Below are positions 41,686 to 49,848 of a DNA stretch of 53,907 bases, one piece after another. The stretch covers positions 1-53,907 of the forward strand of contig JACQHC010000054.1 of the NCBI GenBank assembly GCA_016199245.1, given 5' to 3'. A model generated the notes under the pieces. That model saw only the letters and a list, made by a program, of their open reading frames with translations, searched no databases and was not told where the DNA came from. The DNA is from Gemmatimonadota bacterium (GTDB lineage: Bacteria > Gemmatimonadota > Gemmatimonadetes > Gemmatimonadales > GWC2-71-9). Made by a program: the position numbers and the translations under genes. Positions within the stretch are counted from its first letter, which is position 1; the number at the start of each line of letters is the position of its first letter.

Positions 41686-42584
41686 CCCTTGATAAACGTC
41701 CCGTCTCTCAATTCCGCGTACGCCCGCCGCAACTCCTGCTGCGTGTTCATCACGATGGGGCCGTACCAGGCCACGGGCTCCCGGAGCGGCCTGCCGGACA
41801 CAAGCAGAAACCGGAGGCCTTGGTCTCCGGCCTGGGCCGTTACTTCATCGCCGCGATCAAACAGCACCAGCGATCGATTGCCCAACTCCTCGCCGGCCTC
41901 CGCGGCGTGCGGCCCGACGTAGTCCGTTGGGGCCTTCTGTGGCGCGGAGGCGTCGCGGAACGTGCCGGACCCCTCGAAGATATAGGCGAACCCGTGCGAC
42001 TGCGTCTCGACCGGGAGCGTCTTCCGCTGGCCCGGCGGAACCCACACGTCGAGATAGCGCGGATCGGCGGCGATGCCCTCGACGGGGCCTCGCTTGCCCC
42101 AGAAGTCACCGACGATCACGCGGACGCGCGTGCCGTCGTCGTCGGTGATCTCCGGGATGTCGCGCGTCCCGATGTCCTGGTAGCGCGGCGCCGTCATCTT
42201 CAGCGAAGCCGGCAGGTTAGCCCACAGCTGGAAGCCGTGCATCCGGCCCTGGCGGTCGCCACGCGGCATCTCCTGGTGGAGAATCCCGCTGCCCGCGGTC
42301 ATCCATTGGATGTCCCCGGCGCCGAGGGTGCCGCGGTTCCCCAGGCTGTCGCCGTGATTGACCTCGCCCGCCAGCACGTACGTGATGGTCTCGATGCCGC
42401 GATGAGGGTGCCACGGGAAGCCCGCGAGGTAGTCCTCGGGGTTCTCGTTGCGGAAATCGTCGAACAGGAGAAACGGATCGAAGTCTGTCGTTTCGCCAAA
42501 TCCGAACGCGCGTCGCAGGCGCACGCCGGCGCCTTCGATGGTTGGCCTGGCTTCAATCACTCGTTTTATCGGTCTGATGGACAC
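41676..42584 (-). CDS. pirin-family protein
   Basis: Pirin N-terminal cupin motifs (GFPWHPHRGIETITYVL.G...H.DS.GN) and a C-terminal cupin. GTG start. Confidence 0.92.
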   Translation of the reverse strand: MSIRPIKRVIEARPTIEGAGVRLRRAFGFGETTDFDPFLLFDDFRNENPEDYLAGFPWHPHRGIETITYVLAGEVNHGDSLGNRGTLGAGDIQWMTAGSGILHQEMPRGDRQGRMHGFQLWANLPASLKMTAPRYQDIGTRDIPEITDDDGTRVRVIVGDFWGKRGPVEGIAADPRYLDVWVPPGQRKTLPVETQSHGFAYIFEGSGTFRDASAPQKAPTDYVGPHAAEAGEELGNRSLVLFDRGDEVTAQAGDQGLRFLLVSGRPLREPVAWYGPIVMNTQQELRRAYAELRDGTFIKGGR

Positions 42585-42667
42585 TGGCTAGCTCCAAGTT
42601 GGGGCTACGACGAATCGCTCAATGAAGAAACTCCGAAGGCCAATCCCGGGTTCCCCTCCTCGGCCAT

Positions 42668-42717
42668 CATCGGCGTGCGTCGGCCTACGTCGACCTTCCT
42701 CGCCCGTCGGCTTAGTT
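42668..42717. repeat. array of five 10-nt phased units upstream of queC
   Basis: CATCGGCGTG CGTCGGCCTA CGTCGACCTT CCTCGCCCGT CGGCTTAGTT. The units match those at 19072..19101 and 41568..41685 at 9 of 10 positions. Confidence 0.5.
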
Positions 42718-42724
42718 TTCACCC

Positions 42725-43471
42725 ATGGCCAAAGCCGTCGTCTTGCTCTCCGGCGGTCTCGACTCCGCCACAGCGCTCGCGATCGCCCGGACCGAGGGAT
42801 ACGCGACGTACGCCCTCACATTGCGGTACGGCCAGCGTCATGCGATCGAGGTCGAGGCCGCCAGGCGTGTCGCCCGCTCACTTGGCGCGGCGCGGCACGT
42901 GGTGACGGACCTTGACCTCAGGGCGTTTGGCGGCTCCGCACTGACGGCAGACATCCCCGTGCCCAAGGACCGGCCCCTTCCTGAGATCGCGGAGGGGATT
43001 CCCATCACATACGTGCCCGCGCGCAACACGATCTTTCTCTCGTTCGCGCTCGCCTGGGCCGAGGTGCTGGGAGCCCAGGACGTGTTCATTGGCGTGAACG
43101 CCCTGGACTACTCGGGCTATCCCGACTGCCGGCCGGAGTACCTCGAAGCCTATCAACGGATGGCGGACCTGGCAACGAAGGCAGGCGTGGAGGGACGCCA
43201 GCGCCTCGCGATCCATGCGCCGCTGCTGCGTCTGACCAAGAAGGAGATCATTCGGCGCGGGCTCCAGCTCGGCGTGGACTACTCGCTCACGATCAGCTGC
43301 TACGATCCTGGGCTGGACGGCGAGGCCTGCGGGCGTTGTGACGCGTGCCAGCTGCGGTTGAGGGGCTTCGTTGAGGCTGGTGTGCCGGATCCGGCGCGTT
43401 ACGCGACCGCTGCCGCCCCTGCCGCCTCTGCCGCTCCTGCCGCTCCTGCCGCTCCTGCCGCTCGCCCATGA
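42725..43471 (+). CDS. queC: 7-cyano-7-deazaguanine synthase
   Basis: PP-loop LLSGGLDS and the C-terminal zinc Cys cluster (C...CGRCDAC). Has an A/P-rich repeat tail. Confidence 0.93.
   Translation: MAKAVVLLSGGLDSATALAIARTEGYATYALTLRYGQRHAIEVEAARRVARSLGAARHVVTDLDLRAFGGSALTADIPVPKDRPLPEIAEGIPITYVPARNTIFLSFALAWAEVLGAQDVFIGVNALDYSGYPDCRPEYLEAYQRMADLATKAGVEGRQRLAIHAPLLRLTKKEIIRRGLQLGVDYSLTISCYDPGLDGEACGRCDACQLRLRGFVEAGVPDPARYATAAAPAASAAPAAPAAPAARP
43411..43464 (+). repeat. six tandem 9-nt units (TGCCGCYCC) inside the queC 3' end
   Basis: Units start at 43411, 43420, 43429, 43438, 43447 and 43456. They are in frame and encode [17 protein letters not shown] immediately before the queC stop / queE start overlap. 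Confidence 0.8.
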
Positions 43472-44109
43472 CCTACACGGTCAAGGAGATCTACTACACC
43501 CTCCAGGGCGAGGGCGCCCAGACCGGCCGGCCAGCGGTGTTCCTGCGTTTCGCGGGATGCAACCTGTGGAGCGGGCTCGAGGCCGATCGCGCGGACGCCA
43601 CGTGTCAGTTCTGTGACACCGATTTCGTGGGCACAAACGGACCGGGCGGGGGCAAGTTCTCCAACGCGGCCGATCTCGCGGACAGCGTCGCGGATGCCTG
43701 GCCGCGCGAGGTGTCGGTGGTCTCGCGCCCGCTGGTGGTGTGCACGGGCGGCGAACCGTTGCTCCAGCTGGACGAGCCCCTCATTGCGGCACTGCACGAA
43801 CGCGGGTTGGAGGTCGCCATCGAAACCAACGGCACGCTGCGAGCGCCGGCCGGGATTGACTGGATCTGCGTGAGCCCCAAGGCTGGGGCGCCATTGCTCC
43901 AGCGGTCGGGTCACGAACTGAAACTGGTGTATCCACAGGACGGGCTGGATCCGGCAGTATTCGAGTCGCTCGACTTCACGCATTTTTCGGTGCAACCGAT
44001 GGATGGCCCGGAGCGGGAGCGGAAGACCGAGTTGGCGCTCCAGTATTGCCTGGCCCATCCGAAGTGGCGGTTGAGTCTCCAGACGCACAAGTTGCTGGGG
44101 ATTCCGTAG
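43468..44109 (+). CDS. queE: 7-carboxy-7-deazaguanine synthase (radical SAM)
   Basis: YYTLQGEG and the QueE-type cluster motif FAGCNLW...C.FCDT. ATGA overlap with queC. Confidence 0.92.
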   Translation: MTYTVKEIYYTLQGEGAQTGRPAVFLRFAGCNLWSGLEADRADATCQFCDTDFVGTNGPGGGKFSNAADLADSVADAWPREVSVVSRPLVVCTGGEPLLQLDEPLIAALHERGLEVAIETNGTLRAPAGIDWICVSPKAGAPLLQRSGHELKLVYPQDGLDPAVFESLDFTHFSVQPMDGPERERKTELALQYCLAHPKWRLSLQTHKLLGIP

Positions 44110-44200
44110 GGTTCGAGAAACGCCTCACCCCGTCCACCGGTCCATTCCCGTATACTTCAGTTGTGCTCCACGTTCAGGTGTCTTCCACCGGGGTTGTCGC

Positions 44201-44431
44201 TTGAATCCTGTCCCCTACAAGGGCTTCGCCATTACGCCGCGCACCTTCCAAATCCGTGGCTCTGGGCGCTGGACGCTCGATGTCGTGATCAGCCGCCACA
44301 GAAGCTCGCGGGCCTTCAGCGGCCCGACGACCTACGCCACGGAGGGCGCGGCCGTCATTGGCTGCTGCCACTTTGCACGGCGGATCATCGACGGACACGT
44401 CCAGTCGTACCCCGTCGACGATTTGCCGTGA
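44201..44431 (+). CDS. hypothetical 76-aa protein
   Basis: G/C-rich third codon positions and globular-looking composition (YKGFAITPRTFQIRGSGRWTLDVVISRH...). TTG start and a weak RBS; I recognise no family. Confidence 0.45.
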   Translation: MNPVPYKGFAITPRTFQIRGSGRWTLDVVISRHRSSRAFSGPTTYATEGAAVIGCCHFARRIIDGHVQSYPVDDLP

Positions 44432-44594
44432 GCGAGGCTGAGGCGTAACCCGCAGTTGCCGCTGGCGGGCGCGTACGTCTTGAAGGAAGCTTGGTTTGCG
44501 CGCCGAGCGGCGCCCTGTACTCTGGTCCGCTGGTGGCTTGGCACCACGTTGGAAGCGAAATACCCAGACGCAGGCCGGTCGTAGCTGAGCTGAG

Positions 44595-46118
44595 GTGACC
44601 CCGGTGTCCACTCGCGCCGTCCTTGCTTGTCTTCTCACCGTTGTGGCCCAACCATCACTCGTCAGCGCCCAAGGGCCGACACGCACGCTCATTCGCGGCG
44701 CGACGATCGTGGATGGCACCGGCTCACCGCGCTTCGTCGGAGACGTTCGGATCGCCGCTGACCGCATCGCCGAGGCCGGCCAACTGACGCCGACCGCCGC
44801 AGACCGGGTCATGGACGCACGCGGCCTCGTGCTCGCACCCGGATTCATTGACACACACAGCCATCACGATCGCGGGCTGGCCGACAACCGGGACGCGCTC
44901 GCGGTCGTCAGCCAGGGAGTCACCACGATCGTCGTCGGGCAGGACGGTTCCGGGAGCAATCGCGCGGCGCTGTTTGCACGGCTCGATTCGGTACCCGTCG
45001 CCGTCAACGTCGCGTCGTACGCGGGCCACGGCAGCATTCGGCGCGCCGTACTCGGCGCCGATTTCAGGCGCCACGCCACGGTCGCCGAGATCGAACGGAT
45101 GAAGGACCTGCTGCGCGCCGAAATGCGGGCCGGTGCGCTCGGCCTGTCAACGGGCCTGGAGTATGACCCCGGTATCTACTCCACGCCTGAAGAGGTGTTG
45201 GCCCTGGCTCGAGTCGCCGCAGCCATGGGCGGCCGTTACGTCAGCCACATTCGGAGTGAGGATCGCGACGTCTGGAGCGCGCTGGACGAGATCATCAACA
45301 TCGGGCGTACGCTGCGCGTGCCGGTGCAGGTGTCGCATCTCAAGCTCGCCATGAGCGACCTGTGGGGGCGCGCGGACAGCGTCGTGCGCGTCCTCGACCG
45401 CGCCCGCTCGGAGGGCGTCGAGATCACGGCGGACATCTACCCGTACACATACTGGCAGTCCAACCTCGGCGTGTTCTACCCCAGGCGCAATTTCGCGGAC
45501 AGCGCCGAGACCGAGTTCATCCTGTCTCATCTCACCCCGGCCACGGAGATCATCTTCAACGAGTTTCCGGGCCGGCCCGAGTACACCGGCAAGACGCTCG
45601 CCGCAATCGCCGAGGGGCGCGGCACATCCAACGTGCGAACATTGCTGTCGCTACTGGCGGAGCCGGATGGCGTCAACGCAAGCATCGTCGCGAAAGGCAT
45701 GGTCGACACCGACGTCGAGGCCCTCATGCGCTGGCCATTCGCGAACGTCTGTAGTGATGGCGAGTCAGCAGGCCTTCACCCGCGAGGATTCGGCAGCTTC
45801 GCGAAGGTGCTGGGGCCCTATTCGCGAGAGAAGCGGTTGTTTTCGCTGGAGCAAGCGGTACGGAAGGCATCCAGTCTCGCGGCGCACAACGTTGGGATTG
45901 CCGGCCGCGGCCTGATCAAGTCGGGCCATTTCGCCGACCTCGTCCTCTTCGATCCCGATCGCGTCACCGACGGTGCAACGTTCGATCGGCCACACGAGCC
46001 GGCTGTGGGTATTCAGACCGTGTGGGTGAACGGCGAGGTCGTATTCGACTCCGGAACGGCCACGGGACGCCATCCCGGGCGCCCTCTGCGGCGGGGACAG
46101 AACCCGGAGCCGGATTGA
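44595..46118 (+). CDS. N-acyl-D-amino-acid deacylase (D-aminoacylase) family amidohydrolase, secreted
   Basis: Signal peptide, metal motif APGFIDTHSHHD, and family-typical length. GTG 44604 is an alternative start. Confidence 0.85.
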   Translation: MTPVSTRAVLACLLTVVAQPSLVSAQGPTRTLIRGATIVDGTGSPRFVGDVRIAADRIAEAGQLTPTAADRVMDARGLVLAPGFIDTHSHHDRGLADNRDALAVVSQGVTTIVVGQDGSGSNRAALFARLDSVPVAVNVASYAGHGSIRRAVLGADFRRHATVAEIERMKDLLRAEMRAGALGLSTGLEYDPGIYSTPEEVLALARVAAAMGGRYVSHIRSEDRDVWSALDEIINIGRTLRVPVQVSHLKLAMSDLWGRADSVVRVLDRARSEGVEITADIYPYTYWQSNLGVFYPRRNFADSAETEFILSHLTPATEIIFNEFPGRPEYTGKTLAAIAEGRGTSNVRTLLSLLAEPDGVNASIVAKGMVDTDVEALMRWPFANVCSDGESAGLHPRGFGSFAKVLGPYSREKRLFSLEQAVRKASSLAAHNVGIAGRGLIKSGHFADLVLFDPDRVTDGATFDRPHEPAVGIQTVWVNGEVVFDSGTATGRHPGRPLRRGQNPEPD

Positions 46119-46175
46119 GTTCGCGGCGGGGCTGGTCCCGCTTGACGCGCCGTTCTGTCTATCGAGATTCGCGTG

Positions 46176-46817
46176 ATGGCTCAATCACCGCTCGCTCCCG
46201 GCATCAGCACCTACCTGGAGGCCCTGGTCCCTCCACGGCCCCCTGAACTCCTGGCGATGGAAGCCGAGGCGGCGCGAACCGACTTCCCGATCATCGGCCC
46301 AGCCGCGGGACATTTCTGTTACCTCATGACGCGCCTGATCGGAGCCCGAGCGGTCTTCGAGCTCGGCTCGGGCTTCGGCTACTCGACCGCCTGGTTCGCG
46401 CGCGGCGTCCAGGAGAATGGCGGTGGGATCGTCCATCATGTCGTGTGGGACGCCGACCTTTCCGCCCGGGCCCGGAAGCACCTCGTGGCGCTCCGGCTCG
46501 ATCACCTGGTCGAGTTCCACGTCGGGGAGGCAGTGGCCGAGCTGCACGCGGCCGCCGGGCCGTTCGATTTGATCTTCAACGATATCGACAAACAGGGCTA
46601 TCCCGGCTCGCTTCCCGTGATCGCGCAGAAGCTGCGCCGCGGAGGCCTCTTGCTGGTGGATAACCTGCTCTGGCAGGGACAGGTGTTGGACAAGTCCGAT
46701 CAGACCGCCGACACGGTCGGCGTGCGCGAACTGACCCGGCTCGTCACGGTGGATCCGGCGTGGATCGCGAGTATCGTGCCCATCCGGGACGGCATTCTGG
46801 TGGCGCAACGGGCGTGA
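46176..46817 (+). CDS. class I SAM-dependent O-methyltransferase (family 3, caffeoyl-CoA OMT-like)
   Basis: SAM motif VFELGSGFGYST, then DLIFNDIDK and LLLVDNLLWQG. Confidence 0.85.
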   Translation: MAQSPLAPGISTYLEALVPPRPPELLAMEAEAARTDFPIIGPAAGHFCYLMTRLIGARAVFELGSGFGYSTAWFARGVQENGGGIVHHVVWDADLSARARKHLVALRLDHLVEFHVGEAVAELHAAAGPFDLIFNDIDKQGYPGSLPVIAQKLRRGGLLLVDNLLWQGQVLDKSDQTADTVGVRELTRLVTVDPAWIASIVPIRDGILVAQRA

Positions 46818-46825
46818 CACGGGAC

Positions 46826-46990
46826 GCGTTCGTCGTCTCCGGCCACTCTGGCCCCCACGACTCGGTGTGAACCAGGCGCTCCGGAGGCACGACCTCTTTA
46901 TACGATCCGCGCATCGCCATCTCGGTCCCGGCCGCCTGAGGGGTGACTTGCGCGAGTCGAACGCGGCCAGCGCAGACCGAATTCAGACGT
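46826..46990 (-). pseudogene. possible remnant of an SRPBCC/AHSA1-domain gene
   Basis: Minus-frame translation ...AAGTEMAMRGSYKEVVPPERLVHTESWGPEWPETT... The G.Y.EVVPPERLV.TE.W block is characteristic of AHSA1/SRPBCC proteins. No N-terminal half is present, and the 3' end runs antisense into the methyltransferase gene. Confidence 0.35.
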
Positions 46991-47005
46991 GGCGGAGTGG
47001 TCGGA

Positions 47006-47650
47006 CTACTGCGCTTCGCTCAACGCCCCGACTTCTCGCGCTACGGCTTTGAAGACCTTCCCGGCAGGCGTATTGGGAAGTACGGACGGGTCGCGCGGCA
47101 CGGGGATCTCGACGCGGAGCACGCCGCGCTCCTCGAGCGTCGCCGCGGGGGCGCCGAGGTCGTGGAACAGCTTGAGCATCGGTGTGTTGTCCGTGAGCAC
47201 GTAGGCGATCCACGTCTCGATGCCGTTCTCCACGGCCGACCGTGCCAGCACACCGAGGAGGAGCGTGCCGAGCCCCCTTCCCTGGTGCGAGTCCACCACG
47301 GTTACCGCCACTTCAGCGCACCGCGGCCGGCCGGTCAATAGCATGTAGTGCGCGATGCCGATGCCGGGTTGGTTGGGCTGGCTGAGATCCACGGCCACCC
47401 ATGCCATGTGGTCCCGATAGTCGATTTCCGTGAAGTAGACGAGCTGCTCGGCGGTCAGCTCTCCCACGCCATGCATGCAGCGCCGCTGGCGCGACACGTC
47501 GGACAGGCGCTCAAACCCTTCCTTGAGGAGCTGCTTGTCCTCCGCCGAGACGGGTCGAATGAGGACCGGTGTGCCGTCCCGCAGCACCTCGGTGAAGCCG
47601 CGGTGCGGCCGTGGTGAGGAAACTGGCGGCGCTTCGCTGAGCATCGTCAT
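47006..47650 (-). CDS. GNAT-family N-acetyltransferase
   Basis: Acetyl-CoA binding motif VDSHQGRGLGTLLL within a GNAT-length core. Confidence 0.85.
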   Translation of the reverse strand: MTMLSEAPPVSSPRPHRGFTEVLRDGTPVLIRPVSAEDKQLLKEGFERLSDVSRQRRCMHGVGELTAEQLVYFTEIDYRDHMAWVAVDLSQPNQPGIGIAHYMLLTGRPRCAEVAVTVVDSHQGRGLGTLLLGVLARSAVENGIETWIAYVLTDNTPMLKLFHDLGAPAATLEERGVLRVEIPVPRDPSVLPNTPAGKVFKAVAREVGALSEAQ

Positions 47651-47806
47651 CCGTTGGATGTTGCACGGCCCGACATGAAGACATTGTGAAATGAGCTATC
47701 GACTGCCCAGCTACCATCTCAGGCCGCCACCAGCGCTCTCCGTTGACCTACACGGAGGTCGTGGGAGGGGGTGAGCACGCATGGCTGATGTAGAAATATC
47801 GACATG

Positions 47807-48406
47807 CTATGTTGATTGCTCAAGGACGGACTCGGGCCGCTTGAGCAGCCCAATCCGCTGCCCCCGCGCATATTCCTCGATCACCGTCTTCAGCCGCTTG
47901 AGCTTGGTCTCCTCCCGCTTGGCGCTGATCACCCAGAAGATCGCCGTGCGCCGGTACGACGGCGCCTCACCCTGGAAGAACTTCCACGCCGGCCCGTTGG
48001 CCTTCAAAGCCCGCACGTAAGCCGGCGGAAGTCGCAGGGCCTTCCGCTGCTCGAAACTATAGATGCCCGAGTTCTCGTCCTGGCGTTTCTCGAATTCCCG
48101 CAGGCCGGCGGCGCGCATGCGCTTGAGCCGAATCAGCTCCTTGGCCCGCCGAACGTTCACCGCACTCCAGATGCTGCCCTCGCGCCGCGGCGTGAAGCTG
48201 ATCATGTAGCTCTCCGCATCCAGGCTGCGCCTGATCCCGTCAATCCAGCCGTAACACAGCGCCTCGTCCACTGATTCCGGCCACGTGATGCTCGGCCTGC
48301 CGGTGGACTTCTTGTAGAATCCGACCCACAGCTCGTCCACTGACCGGTGATTGGCGGCGAGCCACGCCCGCCACTTGGCCGGCGTGGCGAAGAACCTGGG
48401 TTTCAC
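47807..48406 (-). CDS. YdeI/OmpD-associated family protein
   Basis: Family blocks (WRAWLAANH, LWVGFYKK.TG.PSITW.E.VDEALCYGWIDG, FTPRR..S.WS..N). GTG 48406 trims an Arg-rich artefactual extension. Confidence 0.8.
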   Translation of the reverse strand: MKPRFFATPAKWRAWLAANHRSVDELWVGFYKKSTGRPSITWPESVDEALCYGWIDGIRRSLDAESYMISFTPRREGSIWSAVNVRRAKELIRLKRMRAAGLREFEKRQDENSGIYSFEQRKALRLPPAYVRALKANGPAWKFFQGEAPSYRRTAIFWVISAKREETKLKRLKTVIEEYARGQRIGLLKRPESVLEQST

Positions 48407-48693
48407 CGGGCGAGAATGCCCGCAGGAACGCGCATGATCGGCTCGAGGCCGGCCTGCGCCAGCACGAGGTTCAGGCGTGGCAACTGCTCCCCGCCGCCGG
48501 TGGCGCCGAAGTAATACTCGAACGGCCGGTCCTTGTGGCCCGCGACCGCGATGGACCGGCCGCCGCGATCCGGGCCGATGGAGCGCCACTGGAGGCGTGG
48601 CAGCAGAACCCCGCTCGACTGCGCGTTGGCCAGCGCCGGAATGCCGCAGAGAAGCAGCGACAGGAGCCGTTGGCAGGATGCTTCAATGCGCAT
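48403..48693 (-). pseudogene. N-terminal fragment of a BNR/sortilin-like paralogue
   Basis: The signal peptide plus LQWRSIGPDRGGRSIAVAGHKDRPFEYYFGATGGG parallels [35 protein letters not shown] of the 25597..28782 protein. Similarity then ends abruptly, with a stop 28 codons later that overlaps the YdeI start (GTGA). Confidence 0.55.
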
Positions 48694-48780
48694 GGTGACG
48701 TCTCTCTGCAAACCCAGGTGATAGTCTCCTCAATGCGGAGGATTCGCAACGTGTGGACGCCCCCCGGTACCTTCCGGTCC

Positions 48781-49752
48781 ATGAGACTGCGGGTCTCGCC
48801 TCTCTTGATTGCGGCGTTCGCGCTGTCCTGCACCCTGCCCCAACCGGCCCCACTTCCTCCGAACACCTTTGCCTTCGGGGTCTTCGGGGACGGTCCGTAC
48901 GAGCCCTGGGAATCGATGCGTTTCCGCCGCGTGATCGCCGACGCCAACCGCACGCCGCTCGAGTGGTTCCTGCACATCGGGGACATCATGTGGTACCCGT
49001 GCTCCGACGAGGAATACCGCAACCGGCTGGCGGCCCTCAACACGATCGAGCATCCGGTCATCTACACACCGGGCGACAACGAATGGGCAGACTGCTTCGA
49101 GCGCATCGCCGGCGGCTATCGCCCGCTCGACCGGCTCGACCAGCTGCGCCGCACGTTCTTTGCGCAACCGGGCACGAGCATTGGCGCGCGACGGATGACC
49201 GTGGAATCCCAGGCGGCGGACTCGACGTTCGGCACCTTCGTCGAGAACGTGCGCTGGCGGCGAGGCGGGCTCCTGTTCGCCACGGTGCACCAGGTGGGCC
49301 TGGTCAACAACACCGAACGGTTTCGCGGGCGCACGGCGGCGGATGACGCAGAACAAGCCGCGCGCATGGCCGCCGCGCTCGCCTGGCTGGAGGACGCGTT
49401 CCGCATCGCCCGGACGGACAGCATGCACGGCGTCGTGATCGCGTTCCACGCCAATCCCAATCTCGAGCGGGGCCCCGATCACATCCCGGGACACGAGCCG
49501 TTCGTGGACAAGATCGAAACGCTGGCCAAGGGCTTTGCGGGTCAGGTCCTCCTGATCCACGGCGATTCACATGAGCAACGGGTGGATCAACCGCTGCGAG
49601 ACCGCTCCACCGGCGCGCCGCTCACCACCGTGACCCGGCTCGAAACGTTCGGCTCACCCGATATCGGGTGGGTGCGCGTGGTGGTGGACTCGGTGGCCGG
49701 GCGGATCGTGGCGATGGAGCCACGCTTGATGCCGCGGTGGTTGCTCTGGTAG
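48781..49752 (+). CDS. calcineurin-like metallophosphoesterase, secreted or lipoprotein
   Basis: Metallophosphoesterase-style motifs (GDGPY, HIGD, TPGDNEW, FHANP, IHGDSH). Signal peptide MRLRVSPLLIAAFALSC. ATG 48733 is an alternative start. Confidence 0.75.
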   Translation: MRLRVSPLLIAAFALSCTLPQPAPLPPNTFAFGVFGDGPYEPWESMRFRRVIADANRTPLEWFLHIGDIMWYPCSDEEYRNRLAALNTIEHPVIYTPGDNEWADCFERIAGGYRPLDRLDQLRRTFFAQPGTSIGARRMTVESQAADSTFGTFVENVRWRRGGLLFATVHQVGLVNNTERFRGRTAADDAEQAARMAAALAWLEDAFRIARTDSMHGVVIAFHANPNLERGPDHIPGHEPFVDKIETLAKGFAGQVLLIHGDSHEQRVDQPLRDRSTGAPLTTVTRLETFGSPDIGWVRVVVDSVAGRIVAMEPRLMPRWLLW

Positions 49753-49848
49753 CCGCGCAAGATCGGAGAGGTAGAGGAGCAGGCGGTCGAGGAATAGAGG
49801 CTTGCGGTTGGGGTTAGACTAGAGTGCATCCGAGAACGGAGGCGTAGG

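Noticed and set aside
42585-42724. preQ1 riboswitch upstream of queC
   Set aside because: I could not find the short hairpin followed by an A-rich tail typical of preQ1-I, nor a preQ1-II-like pseudoknot signature. Only the 10-nt repeat array is visible. A covariance-model search is needed for certainty.
41081-44109. Dpd-like 7-deazaguanine DNA-modification/defence system
   Set aside because: No dpdA/dpdB/dpdC-like genes are present, and queF (preQ0 to preQ1) points to the tRNA queuosine pathway.
49753-49848. Purine-rich words (GAGAGGTAGAGGAG, GAGGAATAGAGG) resembling GAGGTAAGAGG at 24197 and GAGGGGTAAG at 28945, considered as a second dispersed motif family
   Set aside because: The similarity rests on short SD-like purine runs, and each copy can be explained locally as a hairpin arm or RBS region. 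This is too weak to call a family from one window.
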